From Selaginella moellendorffii (lineage: Eukaryota > Plantae > Lycopodiophyta), in contig NW_003314321.1 of the NCBI RefSeq assembly GCF_000143415.4, positions 630,236-694,235 on the forward strand: a stretch of DNA of 64,000 nt. The letters run 5' to 3'. Position 1 is the first letter of the stretch. The number at the start of each line of letters is the position of its first letter. Positions 63,419-64,000 of this stretch are shown here, piece after piece. A program made the position numbers and the translations under genes. Under the pieces are notes generated by a model. That model made no database searches and was not told the origin of the DNA. It saw only the letters and a program-made list of their open reading frames with translations.

Positions 63419-64000
63419 CCAAATATCCCAAGACCCTTAACCAATTGGAAAAGGGGGTGCACTTTTGTTCATAGGCCCTTTCCCTCTATATTTTAACCCT
63501 ATGGATCGTCTCTCAGGTCGTTCCCTTTGGTTGCTTACAGGATTGTGATGCAAGTGGTCTTAGACTATCAATATGATAAAGGTGAATGGGCATGGCTTGA
63601 GCAAAATAAGTTGATATGTCAATGGTATCTTTGGGTGTCAGTAATGGGATCAGACATGTGGAGCACTTGGACCAAGTGCAAAGGTTGTGTGGCATAAATG
63701 CCATTCACAGGGCTAGCATGTCCCCAAGTTAGGAATAAAATTTATGGAGTGAGTGAGTGAGACTTCTCTAAATGGTGAAAGGTATAGTTAAATGACTAAA
63801 GTAAAATAAAAATATTTAATCATTTATAGTGGTGTTTAGGTTCATCTCTAAAGCAGCTTAGCCATATGAAGAGGAGGCAATAGCATTAGATAAACATAAA
63901 AGTGCATGCTTAAAATGCTTGTGTCGCCTATTGTTGCAACACAAGCACTCCTCTCAATAATTGATAGGCAAGCAATGTATGCTAGCTCTAGGAACAATAT

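Larger units (their letters stand above)
61602..63539 (-). mobile_element. Tandem Cassandra-type TRIM (LTR-int-LTR-int-LTR) with a chimeric 3' LTR
   Basis: 194-bp LTRs at 62947-63140 and 63346-63539 with TGTAAG...CTTACA termini; ~204-bp internal domains with PBS TGGTATCAGAG and PPT GGGAAGCGTGGTGGAT; long LTR 61602-62743; flanks GGAAT/GGATT (4 of 5 match). Confidence 0.88.

Overview
Eukaryotic, intron-rich plant nuclear DNA. The very short introns, tightly packed genes and PLS-type PPR genes suggest a lycophyte such as Selaginella (inference). The window has TE-dense flanks (1-30 kb and 43-64 kb) around a compact gene island (31-42.6 kb) containing a frameshifted PPR-E gene, AUGMIN6, a small DnaJ, ARL1, an SMP-type LEA gene and arginine decarboxylase. 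The main finding is a ~12.9-kb Mutator-like element at 12409-25283. Its ends are fixed by imperfect TIRs, a 9-bp TSD and an empty-site paralogue at 28371. It carries a GCM-like/DDE/SWIM transposase, a divergent spliced gene that reconstructs as a ParB/Srx domain fused to a bacterial-type beta-class N6A/N4C DNA methyltransferase, and two inward-facing paralogous small zinc-finger genes resembling the SGS3 zf-XS motif. Together these may form a transposon-borne self-marking or anti-silencing system; this copy is decayed. Also notable: a tandem 5S-bearing Cassandra TRIM with a chimeric LTR that points to its possible helper family, and a Ty3/gypsy element with an apparent 8-bp TSD and a tRNA-Ala PBS. 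All domain calls come from motifs read by eye, not from database searches.
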